The notes under the pieces are model-generated. The model saw nothing but the letters and a program-made list of their open reading frames with translations. It did not search any database and was not told where the DNA came from. A program made the position numbers and the translations under genes. Below, piece after piece: positions 16,913 through 25,278 of a stretch of 32,000 nucleotides of DNA (position 1 is the stretch's first letter; the number at the start of each line of letters is the position of its first letter). The stretch lies in assembly GCF_021209385.1 (NCBI RefSeq), contig NZ_JAJOIL010000032.1:6340-38339 (forward strand). The letters run 5' to 3'. Source of the stretch: Seleniivibrio sp. GTDB lineage: Bacteria > Chrysiogenota > Deferribacteres > Deferribacterales > Geovibrionaceae.

Positions 16913-18142
16913 TTATTTGCCGTTAAAGGCAAATTTATAGGTCACATAAAATCTTGTATCGGTATAATCCTCGCCGCCGTCGATTTCAATTGACGCGTAT
17001 CTGGCGCGCAGACCGATACCGTCAAGCTTTCCGGAGAACGCATACTGAATATTGTAATCCGTTTCTGACATATCCTTTCCGGTGGATGCCGGAACGTCAT
17101 ACTGTCCGTAGAAAACGTATGCGCTGAGTCCTTTCACACCGACTTTCGTAAAATCATATGCAAGTTTGGCGGCATAGGCATCCTCTTCAGCCCTGCCTGC
17201 GGCAAGCACCTGCTGGATGATGGCTTTGTCATCACCCCAGGGCGCAAGGAGCGTATCATCACCTGTCTTTGCATAAAATCCGGTGAATGTAACCCCGTAT
17301 GCACTGACTCCGGCATTCAGACCAACCTGATCGGTATCAAGCTCGCCGTTAAGCTCGTCACCCTGAGACTTCTGATAAAGCAGCGACGGTGCAGAGAACA
17401 GAGTAAAATCGCCGAACGTCTTGCTCAGAGATACTTTGAAATAGGTTTCCCTGAACACGTCGGGCATGGTGTAGAACCATCCCTGAGCTGTAGATTTAAA
17501 TGACTGAACAGGCAGAACGTAGCTAAGTCCGCCGATTATCATCGGTTTTTCATCGTCAATGGACGAAGCACCGCCCGGTTCTGCGGCGACGGCATCCGAC
17601 ATTGAGATAAAATCGTCATCTGTCCATCCCATGGAATCGGTTATGTAGTATGCGGAAGCTGTCAGACCGCTCACGGAATTATTCACCACTGAAAGTCCTT
17701 TGTAGCTTCTGGGAATCATACGCAGGTCGTGTCTGTCCAGAAACGGAGTGCTTATCTCCTGTGCGCCGTATTTAACGGTGGTTTTGAACCATTCGCCCTG
17801 AATATATGCCTCCTGAAGTCTGGTCATGCTTTCGTGGTCGCCGTCGTCGCCTTTTTTCAGAATGCCGTATACCGCGTCGTCCTCATCGCTGAACATATCG
17901 TTGACGGTTGCAAAACCCAAGCCGAAAGATATGCCGTAAAGCGGCGCTGTTTTGAAATAGAAGAGACCGCCCACAGCATCATCTCTTCTGGTATCGGTAG
18001 AGCCGTCAAAGTCTCTGGAAAAATCCAACACTCTGATCTCTCCCCTTGCAGTGCCCTCTGAAAACATGGTCTGCAGGCTGTCTGCGGCATAAGCGCAGGA
18101 AAACGAAATAATAAGAACTGACATTAAAAGAATCCGTTTCAT
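16913..18142 (-). CDS. OprD (Occ) family outer-membrane porin, 409 aa, paralogue of 6374-7624
   Basis: The ATG at 18142 is preceded by GGAGGAACG. Signal MKRILLMSVLIISFSCAYA. Motifs GEIRVLDFSRDFDG, GISFGLGFATV and VKYGAQEISTPFLDRHDLRMIPRSYKGLSV align with the first porin. The longer ORF reaching 18313 is rejected. Confidence 0.75.
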   Translation of the reverse strand: MKRILLMSVLIISFSCAYAADSLQTMFSEGTARGEIRVLDFSRDFDGSTDTRRDDAVGGLFYFKTAPLYGISFGLGFATVNDMFSDEDDAVYGILKKGDDGDHESMTRLQEAYIQGEWFKTTVKYGAQEISTPFLDRHDLRMIPRSYKGLSVVNNSVSGLTASAYYITDSMGWTDDDFISMSDAVAAEPGGASSIDDEKPMIIGGLSYVLPVQSFKSTAQGWFYTMPDVFRETYFKVSLSKTFGDFTLFSAPSLLYQKSQGDELNGELDTDQVGLNAGVSAYGVTFTGFYAKTGDDTLLAPWGDDKAIIQQVLAAGRAEEDAYAAKLAYDFTKVGVKGLSAYVFYGQYDVPASTGKDMSETDYNIQYAFSGKLDGIGLRARYASIEIDGGEDYTDTRFYVTYKFAFNGK

Positions 18143-18166
18143 CGTTCCTCCTTGTAGTAAAAACCC

Positions 18167-18183
18167 TTCCGCTAAAAGCGGAA
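18167..18183 (-). other. Short intercistronic hairpin between the NapH-like and porin genes
   Basis: On the minus strand: TTCCGCT, loop TTT, AGCGGAA, then GGGTTTTTAC. A 7-bp stem with a 3-nt loop; a weak attenuator at best. Confidence 0.3.
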
Positions 18184-18186
18184 AAT

Positions 18187-18939
18187 CTATTTTCTGAATT
18201 TTATGGAACCTGTGGGGCATTTCTCCGCACACTCCATACATGACGTACATTTCTCCGTTATGTCTCCGCCTCCGTCGGTTATCTTTACGCTTTCCGGACA
18301 GGTTTCCTTGCATACGGAACAGGTGCCGCCATTACCGAGAATACAGGTGCTGCGGTTCACAGCAGGTCTGAATTTAGGTCCCGGTATCTTTGACACCAGA
18401 GAGAACAGAGCGCCTATGGGGCAGAAACCTGAACACCATCTCTTAAACAGGATCACTTCCGCCGCTATCACCACCGGAAAGACAATAAGTGTCAAACCCG
18501 CTTCCTGAACGGCAAAGAGCTTAAAGACTGCGAACAGAAACCCGAAAAACAGCCCTATTGGGCAAAAGAGACAAAAAACCGGAAATTTCAAAAAGAAAGA
18601 AAGCACTACCGAAAGACCAAGTACCAAGTACGGAAGATAGCGCATATATATGTTTTCTGTGGAGGGACATCTGCTCCCGCTGCATTTTCTCACAAGCGAA
18701 GTGGAACAGAACCATCCACAGAAGAATCTGCCGAAAAAATATACCGCGATAAGACCTGCAAACACCCATGCAGCCATTTTCCAAGGTATACTGCGTGATG
18801 CCGCCGACACTTCCAGAAAGCCCACCGGACAAATATTGCAGAACGTTCCGGGAATGGTATTTCCCGCCGTAGCCGCCATCACCGATACCGCAGCACCTAT
18901 GAGTACATATTTTCTTATTGCCGAATACTTCAGCTTCAT
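18187..18939 (-). CDS. NapH/MauN-like membrane polyferredoxin (quinol dehydrogenase membrane component)
   Basis: Four TM helices with Cys motifs CPVG, FFCGWFCS, FCLFCPIG and WCSGFCPIG. The C-terminal soluble domain has two 4Fe-4S motifs (CSVCKETCP, CTSCMECAEKCP). Its start overlaps the upstream stop as ATGA. Confidence 0.75.
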   Translation of the reverse strand: MKLKYSAIRKYVLIGAAVSVMAATAGNTIPGTFCNICPVGFLEVSAASRSIPWKMAAWVFAGLIAVYFFGRFFCGWFCSTSLVRKCSGSRCPSTENIYMRYLPYLVLGLSVVLSFFLKFPVFCLFCPIGLFFGFLFAVFKLFAVQEAGLTLIVFPVVIAAEVILFKRWCSGFCPIGALFSLVSKIPGPKFRPAVNRSTCILGNGGTCSVCKETCPESVKITDGGGDITEKCTSCMECAEKCPTGSIKFRK

Positions 18940-19547
18940 TTTGTGTCTCTCTTTTTATGCAGTGACGGATCTCTGGGCAAAGTTCCCGCCTGTCTGGGCT
19001 TAACCAGTATGCCTTTGCCTTTTGCCGACTTCCTTATGGAAGTGGACGGGCATTTAAGCTCACATATTCCGCAGCCGTTACATTTTTCCGGTTCAACAAC
19101 GGGTCGCTTGTGCTCGTCGAGGTAGATAGCTTTTTCTGGACATTCGTCAACGCATACAGTGCACCCAACCCAGTCCCATGCAACGCAGTCCTTCTCAATT
19201 ATCACAGCGGCACCTATGTCAAGCGTCGCCTCCGTAACGGGTAAAAGAGCGCCCGTGGGACACACCAGCGAACATTTAAGGCACGAGTTGCAGTAGGATT
19301 TTCTGAATGACACCACCGGTGTGTTCATCCGCTTTATCCCTTCTGCAAACGACAGCGGAAAGATCACCCTTTTCGGGCAGACCTGAATACACCGCTGACA
19401 CCTGATGCATTTTTCCAGAAAACGTTCTTCACCGAGAGCGCCAGGCGGTCTTAAAAAGGACCTCCCCCCTTCTGACGCTTCGGATGTGCTGAACGTTACA
19501 AGCGAAAGAACCATCAGTTTGTTAAATTCTCTTCTGCTGTATTTCAT
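18936..19547 (-). CDS. NapG/MauM-like Tat-exported poly-[4Fe-4S] ferredoxin
   Basis: Tat motif SRREFNK and the LRPPGA box. Four Cys clusters: CIRCQRCIQVCP, CNSCLKCSLVCP, CTVCVDECP, CNGCGICELKCP. Confidence 0.75.
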   Translation of the reverse strand: MKYSRREFNKLMVLSLVTFSTSEASEGGRSFLRPPGALGEERFLEKCIRCQRCIQVCPKRVIFPLSFAEGIKRMNTPVVSFRKSYCNSCLKCSLVCPTGALLPVTEATLDIGAAVIIEKDCVAWDWVGCTVCVDECPEKAIYLDEHKRPVVEPEKCNGCGICELKCPSTSIRKSAKGKGILVKPRQAGTLPRDPSLHKKRDTK

Positions 19548-19559
19548 TTTAAGAACCTG

Positions 19560-20369
19560 TCAGTTAAAAAACATCCTGCCCTCTATCACGTTTGAAACAG
19601 GCGGAAGCTGGTTTATAAGAATACAGACGGCAAAGACACCCAGAACAACCGCCGCACGGCAGGTCTTTACGAGATAAGCCTCTTTCCGCATGCAGGCTAT
19701 GCTAAGCATCAGCGCCGGTAATGCGGCTGTCAGAAGCAGACAGAGGACAAACAGCGCTGTCAGATCACCGCCGAAAAACCTTTCAGCAGTAAGTATCCTG
19801 TCAGGATACTGCATCAAAGCAATCCGCACGAAAAACAATATTTGTATCAGAAGGTTCACTGCTGTCACACCTGTTATGGCAAGCAGAACCCTGCCCTTCG
19901 TCTCATTTGAAAAAAGGAAGAAAACAGCGGCTGTAAACGACACCGACAGCAGATAGATATAAGACAACGGGCTGTTGAGCGCGTGCCGTGTTGTTACCGC
20001 GTAGAAACGGAAAAGACAGAATATCACCGCCGCAAGAAACAGGGCGGAGAAGACCGGATAGGACATTATCTTCACCGATTTTCTGAAATAGAAAAAAATC
20101 GAAACAAAAAAGACCGCTATCTGCGACAGAACCGCTGTGCTGAACCCTGTCTCTGGTTTTGCCAGCAGGCTTATGAGGTTCGCCGGATCGTTCAGACCGA
20201 AAGCCACCGCACCGACCGCCGCAAAAGAGCAGGCGGCTGAAAGCAGATAGAGTTTTCTGCGGCACTCTGAGCCTTCGCTTAAAGCGGACTCGGCGCATGT
20301 ATAAAAAAATGTACAGGTTCCTGCCAGTGAAAAGAACAGGAACAGGGTCATGTTCCAATTGGTATGCAT
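19560..20369 (-). CDS. DmsC-like (or NrfD-like) integral membrane anchor subunit, 269 aa
   Basis: About 8 TM helices. The N-terminus HTNWNMTLFLFFSLAG resembles the DmsC HEWPLMIFT start. The C-terminal EGRMFF resembles the DmsC GRGVFY end. GGGGAGG RBS. Confidence 0.55.
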   Translation of the reverse strand: MHTNWNMTLFLFFSLAGTCTFFYTCAESALSEGSECRRKLYLLSAACSFAAVGAVAFGLNDPANLISLLAKPETGFSTAVLSQIAVFFVSIFFYFRKSVKIMSYPVFSALFLAAVIFCLFRFYAVTTRHALNSPLSYIYLLSVSFTAAVFFLFSNETKGRVLLAITGVTAVNLLIQILFFVRIALMQYPDRILTAERFFGGDLTALFVLCLLLTAALPALMLSIACMRKEAYLVKTCRAAVVLGVFAVCILINQLPPVSNVIEGRMFFN

Positions 20370-20384
20370 AATAACCTCCCCTGC

Positions 20385-21059
20385 TTACGCAGAGTACCTT
20401 CCTGCAAACTCTTCGATGAGTTCCATATCCATTTTGATGTATTGTTCAGTAACCTTTGCCAGACCTTTATAAAAGTTTGTCATTGAATGTTTTTCCACAT
20501 CATCACAAAATTTGGGAACCCAGTTTATCAGGTGTTTCTGAATAAACTGTTTCTGTTCGTTCAACAGCATTCTGAACGCGGCAATATCACCTTCGTCCAT
20601 AGCCTGCAGGGTTTTACCGCAAAGTACCGCCATAAATTCCAGTTCAATGTATATGTGGTCTTCGGGAATGGTGAACGGTCCGTCGGGCTGAAGCTGATGT
20701 TCGCGGAGCTTCATGAGCATCTGGTCTCTGGCATCCTGCATGATGAGTTTTTTGGGGCTGGTATAGACAGATTCGTAAGGGTACGCCGCCTTATCGGACT
20801 CAATGATTCCTGCGCCCAGAAAGACCTTCGCATAGTCGATGGCAAGCTCCGTAACAGGGTCAATGTACGGATGAAAAAAGAAGCTTTTCATAAGGGAGTA
20901 TCCCTCCTGAATATCTTCACCCTCTCCGCACTGATAGTCCGCATCTTTCAGGCAGGCATATATTTTCTCGTCAACTTCGGTTCTGTAAAGCTGTGAAAGG
21001 AAACGGTACATATTCTCTCTGTGGGACATTATTTCTGTTTGTTCTGTTACTTGTTTCAT
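20385..21059 (-). CDS. TorD/DmsD-family redox-enzyme maturation chaperone
   Basis: The N-terminal RENMYRFLSQLYRTEVDEK pattern and the size (224 aa) are typical. It lies between the FeS and anchor genes of a molybdoenzyme operon. Confidence 0.7.
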   Translation of the reverse strand: MKQVTEQTEIMSHRENMYRFLSQLYRTEVDEKIYACLKDADYQCGEGEDIQEGYSLMKSFFFHPYIDPVTELAIDYAKVFLGAGIIESDKAAYPYESVYTSPKKLIMQDARDQMLMKLREHQLQPDGPFTIPEDHIYIELEFMAVLCGKTLQAMDEGDIAAFRMLLNEQKQFIQKHLINWVPKFCDDVEKHSMTNFYKGLAKVTEQYIKMDMELIEEFAGRYSA

Positions 21060-21082
21060 AGTTCACACATCCGTTTTAATGA

Positions 21083-21105
21083 GGGGCAGGCGACACACCT
21101 GCCCC
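21083..21105 (-). other. Intercistronic stem-loop between the FeS-subunit and chaperone genes
   Basis: GGGGCAGG (21083-21090) pairs with CCTGCCCC (21098-21105) around a 7-nt loop. No clean U-run follows, so it is probably an mRNA stability or processing element. Confidence 0.35.
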
Positions 21106-21127
21106 GAATATAAGAGAACCCAAAGAC

Positions 21128-21730
21128 CTACTTGCTCTGGAAGAAAGTCCAGCTTTTCCTGTTCTGCCATTTTGCAGTTTTGGGATGGAGAATATACCTT
21201 GTTGCGGGGTGGTTTCCTTCATCCGGCAGGCTGTGAGCGTTCTTTCCTGCGTTGGCGATCTTTTTGGAAACTTCGCTGTTAGGATCGTTCACATCTCCAA
21301 CTATCCTCGCTTTCGCGCAGCATGCCTTAACACATGCGGGTTTATCGCCTGCTTCAAGCAGGTGTTCGCACATATGGCATTTCTCAACGTACTTGGCTTC
21401 CTCGTTGAATTTACGGGCGCCATAGGGACAAGCAGAGATGCATGAAAGACATGCGATGCATTTTTTGCTGTCGATAAGTATTACGCCGTCCTTTGCAACA
21501 TATGATGCGCCTGTTGGGCAGACTGCCACACAGGGTGCATCCTTGCAGGACTGGCACATGGCGGGCAGGTAATACATTTCAAGGTTCGGGAACTTTCCTG
21601 TCGGTCCCATGGTAAATACTTTGTTGTACTGCACGCCGAGGGCAACGTTGTTCTCGTTTTTGCACGCCACTTCGCATGAGTAGCATCCGATGCAGCGGTC
21701 AAGGTCAATTACAAGTGCTGTCTTTTTCAT
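21128..21730 (-). CDS. Four-cluster [4Fe-4S] electron-transfer subunit, DmsB/PsrB/NrfC family
   Basis: Cys clusters CIGCYSCEVAC, CQSCKDAPCVAVCP, CIACLSCISACP and CHMCEHL...PACVKACC. The ATG at 21730 is 9 nt after GGAG; the ORF-track start at 21736 is a TTG. Confidence 0.9.
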   Translation of the reverse strand: MKKTALVIDLDRCIGCYSCEVACKNENNVALGVQYNKVFTMGPTGKFPNLEMYYLPAMCQSCKDAPCVAVCPTGASYVAKDGVILIDSKKCIACLSCISACPYGARKFNEEAKYVEKCHMCEHLLEAGDKPACVKACCAKARIVGDVNDPNSEVSKKIANAGKNAHSLPDEGNHPATRYILHPKTAKWQNRKSWTFFQSK

Positions 21731-21732
21731 GT

Positions 21733-24413
21733 TCAAAGCTCCACAGTTTTAGTCGGTTCAGAGACTTTAGGCATCCATGGTTCAAACTGTTCGGGTTTTT
21801 GCCAGATACCTTTCGGTGCGCCGGAAGCTTTGGATATTTTCACCTGATAGCCTCTGAGTGTGTATGTTCCGCAGATGTCATTGAACGGCGCAGTCTGTTT
21901 ACTGAGTACGTTCACGTTCATTTCGCGCCAGCCGTGTGTGGCTGAGTTCAGTGTTTCGGGGTTCCAGAAGCGTTCCATATAAACAACGCCTTTCGCCATT
22001 CCTTCGGTGACAAGGGCTTTCGCCTGAATTTTACCTCTGGCGGATTCAACCCATACCCAGTCGCCCTGAGATACGCCGTATTTCTTAGCATCCATAGGGT
22101 TGACCCATATCTCTGCGTAGGGCTTTATTTCCCTGAGATAAGGAATGTTTCTGAGCGTCGTATGGTGCCAGAAAGGCAGACGTCCGTTTGTCATTACCAG
22201 CGGGAATTTCTTACCCACTGAGTTATAAGGGTTTTCTGACGGTGTCATGTAATATGGCAGCGGGTCATAGTCCTTGGACGCGGGAGACTGAGGAAACGTT
22301 GTGAACGGTTTGCCTGTACGTCCGAGAACAATAAGGCTTTCCATATATCCTTCGACTTTGCCTGTGGGTGTGTTGAACCCTTTCACCTTTCCTGTTTTCG
22401 GGTCGGTTTCTTTATAAACGTAGTAGCGTCTGAATCTGTTCATGGGAATATATTCAAACGGACATTTCGCTTTATACTCTTTCCATGTCATGCCGAAGAA
22501 GCTTGTCCATTCGTCAAGCTGATGTTCGTATGTATCGAAATACGGTGATTCGGGCGCTGTATTCGCTTTGACAAAAGACCTCTTGCAGTTCTCATGTCCA
22601 AGCTCGCCGCAGCGTTTTGCTATTCTCGCCCATATCCATGCTTCGTTCACTGTTTCGTAAAGGTGTGTTGTCGCCTGACGTGCAAACATCTGGTTGAACG
22701 ATGCAGTGATGAAGTCTGTTTCAAGCCACTCTGTGACGGGAAGCAGATAATCTGCATAGGCGGAGAAGGATGTCGGGTACATATACATATGCACGATGAG
22801 TTCAAGGTTGCTCATGCCTTTAACCCATGCGCCGGCATTCGCCACGGTGCCGAGTTTGTTGCCTGAACGCTCAAGCCACGCTTTCATCTTATAGGGTTTC
22901 CCTGTGGTCATAGCGTCAAGAATGGCTGTGGGCTGGGCTATCCACCAGTGGAGCATACCTTTGTGTTCCTTACTGCCGAGACGTTTGTTCAGCTGTTTCT
23001 CGGAAAGGAAACCTTTCAGTTTTGAAGTTCTCAGTACACCGCCGACACCTTTGTCCTCATAACGCTGGAGCATAACGCCGGGTTTCTCAAAGTTGCCCAT
23101 GAGGATATTGAGAACCGCGGACATCTGTGCCGCCTGTGCGGAGTTGGGAGTCTGGTCAGTTGCAACACCCAGAGCCACGCTTGAAGGGGTGTCTTTGGTG
23201 TATATTTTTATGGCTTTTTCAATTGATTTGGGGTTAAGCCAACATTCTTTGCCGCCTTTTTCCAGTGTCCAGGGTTCCGCTCTCTCTTTAAGGAGCTGAA
23301 ATCCGGGTTTGCACTGGATGCCGTTTACTGTGAAAGTGCCTTCGAGAGCGGGTTCAAGATTGTCATCATATGGGAAAGGCAGAGGTTTTGCCGAATTGGT
23401 CTTTTTATCCCATACGACAAACGTTTTATCATCGGCACCCTTGAACAGTTCATTGCCCTTGATAATCATTTTTGTTTTGGTGTTAACAAGGAAAGGCAGG
23501 TTTGACCATCTTTTTACGAAATCTGCGTCATAGAGTTTGTTAGCTATTATGTAGCGTATCCATGTGAGACCGAGTGCAACGTCTGTGCCGGGTCTGATGG
23601 GAAGCCATACGTCAGCTTTTGAAGCGTCGGCAGTGAAACGCGGGTCGATTACCACTGTTTTCATACCTCTCGCTCTGTTTTCAACCAGTACCCTGCCCGC
23701 CTGGGAAGGTCCGCTGAACGCGGGAGCTGTTCCCCAGAGAACAAGGCTTTTCGCTTTTTTCTCTTTATAGAAATACAGTTCAACGCCGTTTGAATCGCCA
23801 AGGCTGGTGTCGGCACCTGATATGTTCCGTTGTTTCCGTATGCCAGACCGTAGATAAGCGTTCTGGGCATATAACATTGTGCGGCGCCCGGCTCGAACCA
23901 ATTGGGAGTATCGAAAGTATCGCAGAAACGGCAGGCACCGTTAAAGTTGGGGTTACCGCCGCCGCCTGTTGATGCGAATACCGATTCAGCACCGTATTTA
24001 GAGCGGATTTCCATCAGTTTATGGGCTATTTCGTCGATAGCTTCTTCCCATGACACGCGTTTCCATTTGTTCTCACCGCGCTGACCAACCCTTTTCATCG
24101 GATATTTAAGTCTGTTGGGGTGATAAAGCGCCTGAATACCGGAAAGACCTTTAACGCAGAGTGCGCCTTCGCTTCTGCCGAATTCCGGGTCGCCTTCGAT
24201 CTTGATAACACGTCCGTCGCGGACATGGGCAAGAACACCGCAATCCGCCGTACAGTTGCGGCAGTTTGTGCGGATGATCTTAACGCCTTCGTTTGCAGCG
24301 GCATGAGCCGACGGAACAAGACTTGTTCCGGTCAGCGAACCCATGGAGATAACGGTACCGGCAAAAGCTGTCGCTTTCAGGAAGTCCCGTCGGTTAATTC
24401 TGAAACGATCCAT
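21733..24413 (-). pseudogene. Tat-exported molybdopterin (Mo-bisPGD) oxidoreductase catalytic subunit, Psr/Phs/Arr-like with Cys ligand; the reading frame is broken by a -1 shift near 23815-23830
   Basis: The N-terminal ORF (24413 to 23661) has the Tat motif NRRDFLK, the FS0 motif CRNCTADC-x27-C and the candidate Mo ligand GAAQC (TGT at 23874-23876). The rest (to 21733) contains ...SLVLWGTAPAFS, VVIDPRFT, IRPGTD and the C-terminal barrel PLVMTNGRLPFWHHT...GDWVWVESARGKI in the frame displaced by -1. The two ORFs overlap over 23661-23901. Confidence 0.8.
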
Positions 24414-24461
24414 TATTTTCCTCCAAAAATTAATATAAAAGCTATAAGAACAATTTATGAC

Positions 24462-25031
24462 TTAAGAAGAATACGCCTGCACAGCGGCAAGCCCGTCCTG
24501 TGCTGTCTTCCACTTAACATCCCACCTAAGGACACCCGCCTCTTCCAGCTCGCTTATAAAATAGCTGGCAAGGATGTTCTCACTCGCCATCACTTCGTTT
24601 CCTACGAGAATATCCTCTATTTCATCAAGTGTTTTTGGTTCCGAACATGATATGAGTATGGAGAGGTAGATGTCTTTATATGCGGAATCCCTTTTAAAGA
24701 GTTCATCTACAAGCGTGGCAGGGCAGGACGCAGACGCAATCTCTCTGCCCTCTTCGGTTGTCTGAAGCAGGATATTTCCTTCGCCTTCGTCTGTAACTGT
24801 CAGTCCTCCGTTTTCAATCAGGATATTCATCAGCACCTGAGGTGAATGAAAACATGATCTTCCTGACAGAAGAGCCTTTATCTCCTGCTCAACCTCAGAA
24901 AGACGGCGCGGTGTTCCGCAGAAACGGAGTATCCCGTAAAGAACCGTTTTGTAACCGGGTTCAGATTCTATCTTGCGGGCAAGCGAACTGTCTGTCTGTT
25001 CATCCAGTTCGTCGATCTCGTTTTGTATCAT
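24462..25031 (-). CDS. Hypothetical acidic 189-aa protein with two internally similar winged-helix-like halves; first gene of the sigma-54 operon
   Basis: ATG 6 nt after GGGGGA. The repeat is visible by eye: GILRFCGTPRRLSEVEQEI...LIENGGLTV versus ILISCSEPKTLDEIEDIL...LEEAGVLRW. I recognise no family. Confidence 0.55.
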   Translation of the reverse strand: MIQNEIDELDEQTDSSLARKIESEPGYKTVLYGILRFCGTPRRLSEVEQEIKALLSGRSCFHSPQVLMNILIENGGLTVTDEGEGNILLQTTEEGREIASASCPATLVDELFKRDSAYKDIYLSILISCSEPKTLDEIEDILVGNEVMASENILASYFISELEEAGVLRWDVKWKTAQDGLAAVQAYSS

Positions 25032-25107
25032 GGCATCCCCCTGTAACTTTCAGCCGTTATTTTTTTAAGACTGCTTTCAAGGTTGGTTTCAACCTTATGC
25101 CTGTAAT

Positions 25108-25123
25108 TGCAAAGGTGATGCCA
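25108..25123 (-). promoter_or_regulatory. Sigma-54 (-24/-12) promoter
   Basis: The minus strand reads TGGCAT-CACCT-TTGCA against the consensus TGGCAC-N5-TTGCA, with correct GG/GC spacing. It lies about 77 nt upstream of the ATG at 25031 and faces a divergent sigma-54 activator gene. Confidence 0.65.
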
Positions 25124-25278
25124 TTTCATAAAAAATGATTTTTATTATATTTAAAAATAAGTTACATTATTGATGCGTTATTCTCATGTCTTACCCGTGA
25201 GAAACGTCTCATTTTTGATACATAATTTTTCTATAAAAACAGGCGGATATTTTGTGCTATGTTTGATAAGAGGTTTAT

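Noticed and set aside
18143-18313. The N-terminal extension of the second porin ORF (MQGNLSGKRKDNRRRRRHNGE...), which would overlap the 3' end of the NapH-like gene.
   Set aside because: The internal ATG at 18142 has a GGAGGAACG RBS and begins a canonical signal peptide that aligns with the paralogue's N-terminus. The extension has no porin-like features.
23754-23760. A dnaX-type slippery heptamer A_AAA_AAG lies in exactly the right phase of the N-terminal frame (AGA AAA AAG). A programmed -1 ribosomal frameshift there would join the two halves of the molybdoenzyme.
   Set aside because: The downstream frame already shows coding-like G-nonG-N periodicity and a plausible peptide (SGADTSLGDSNGVELYFY) for about 60 nt upstream of the heptamer. 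The zero frame over that stretch uses poorer codons (CAA, TTG, CGA). I see neither a Shine-Dalgarno-like stimulator 10 nt upstream nor a strong hairpin 5-8 nt downstream. The heptamer is most simply the Lys-rich KEKKAK codons. A proteomic junction peptide ...SIKRKKAKSLVLWG would revive the idea.
23874-23876. Possible selenocysteine at the Mo-ligand position of the catalytic subunit.
   Set aside because: The ligand codon is TGT (Cys), and no in-frame TGA or SECIS-like hairpin is seen nearby.
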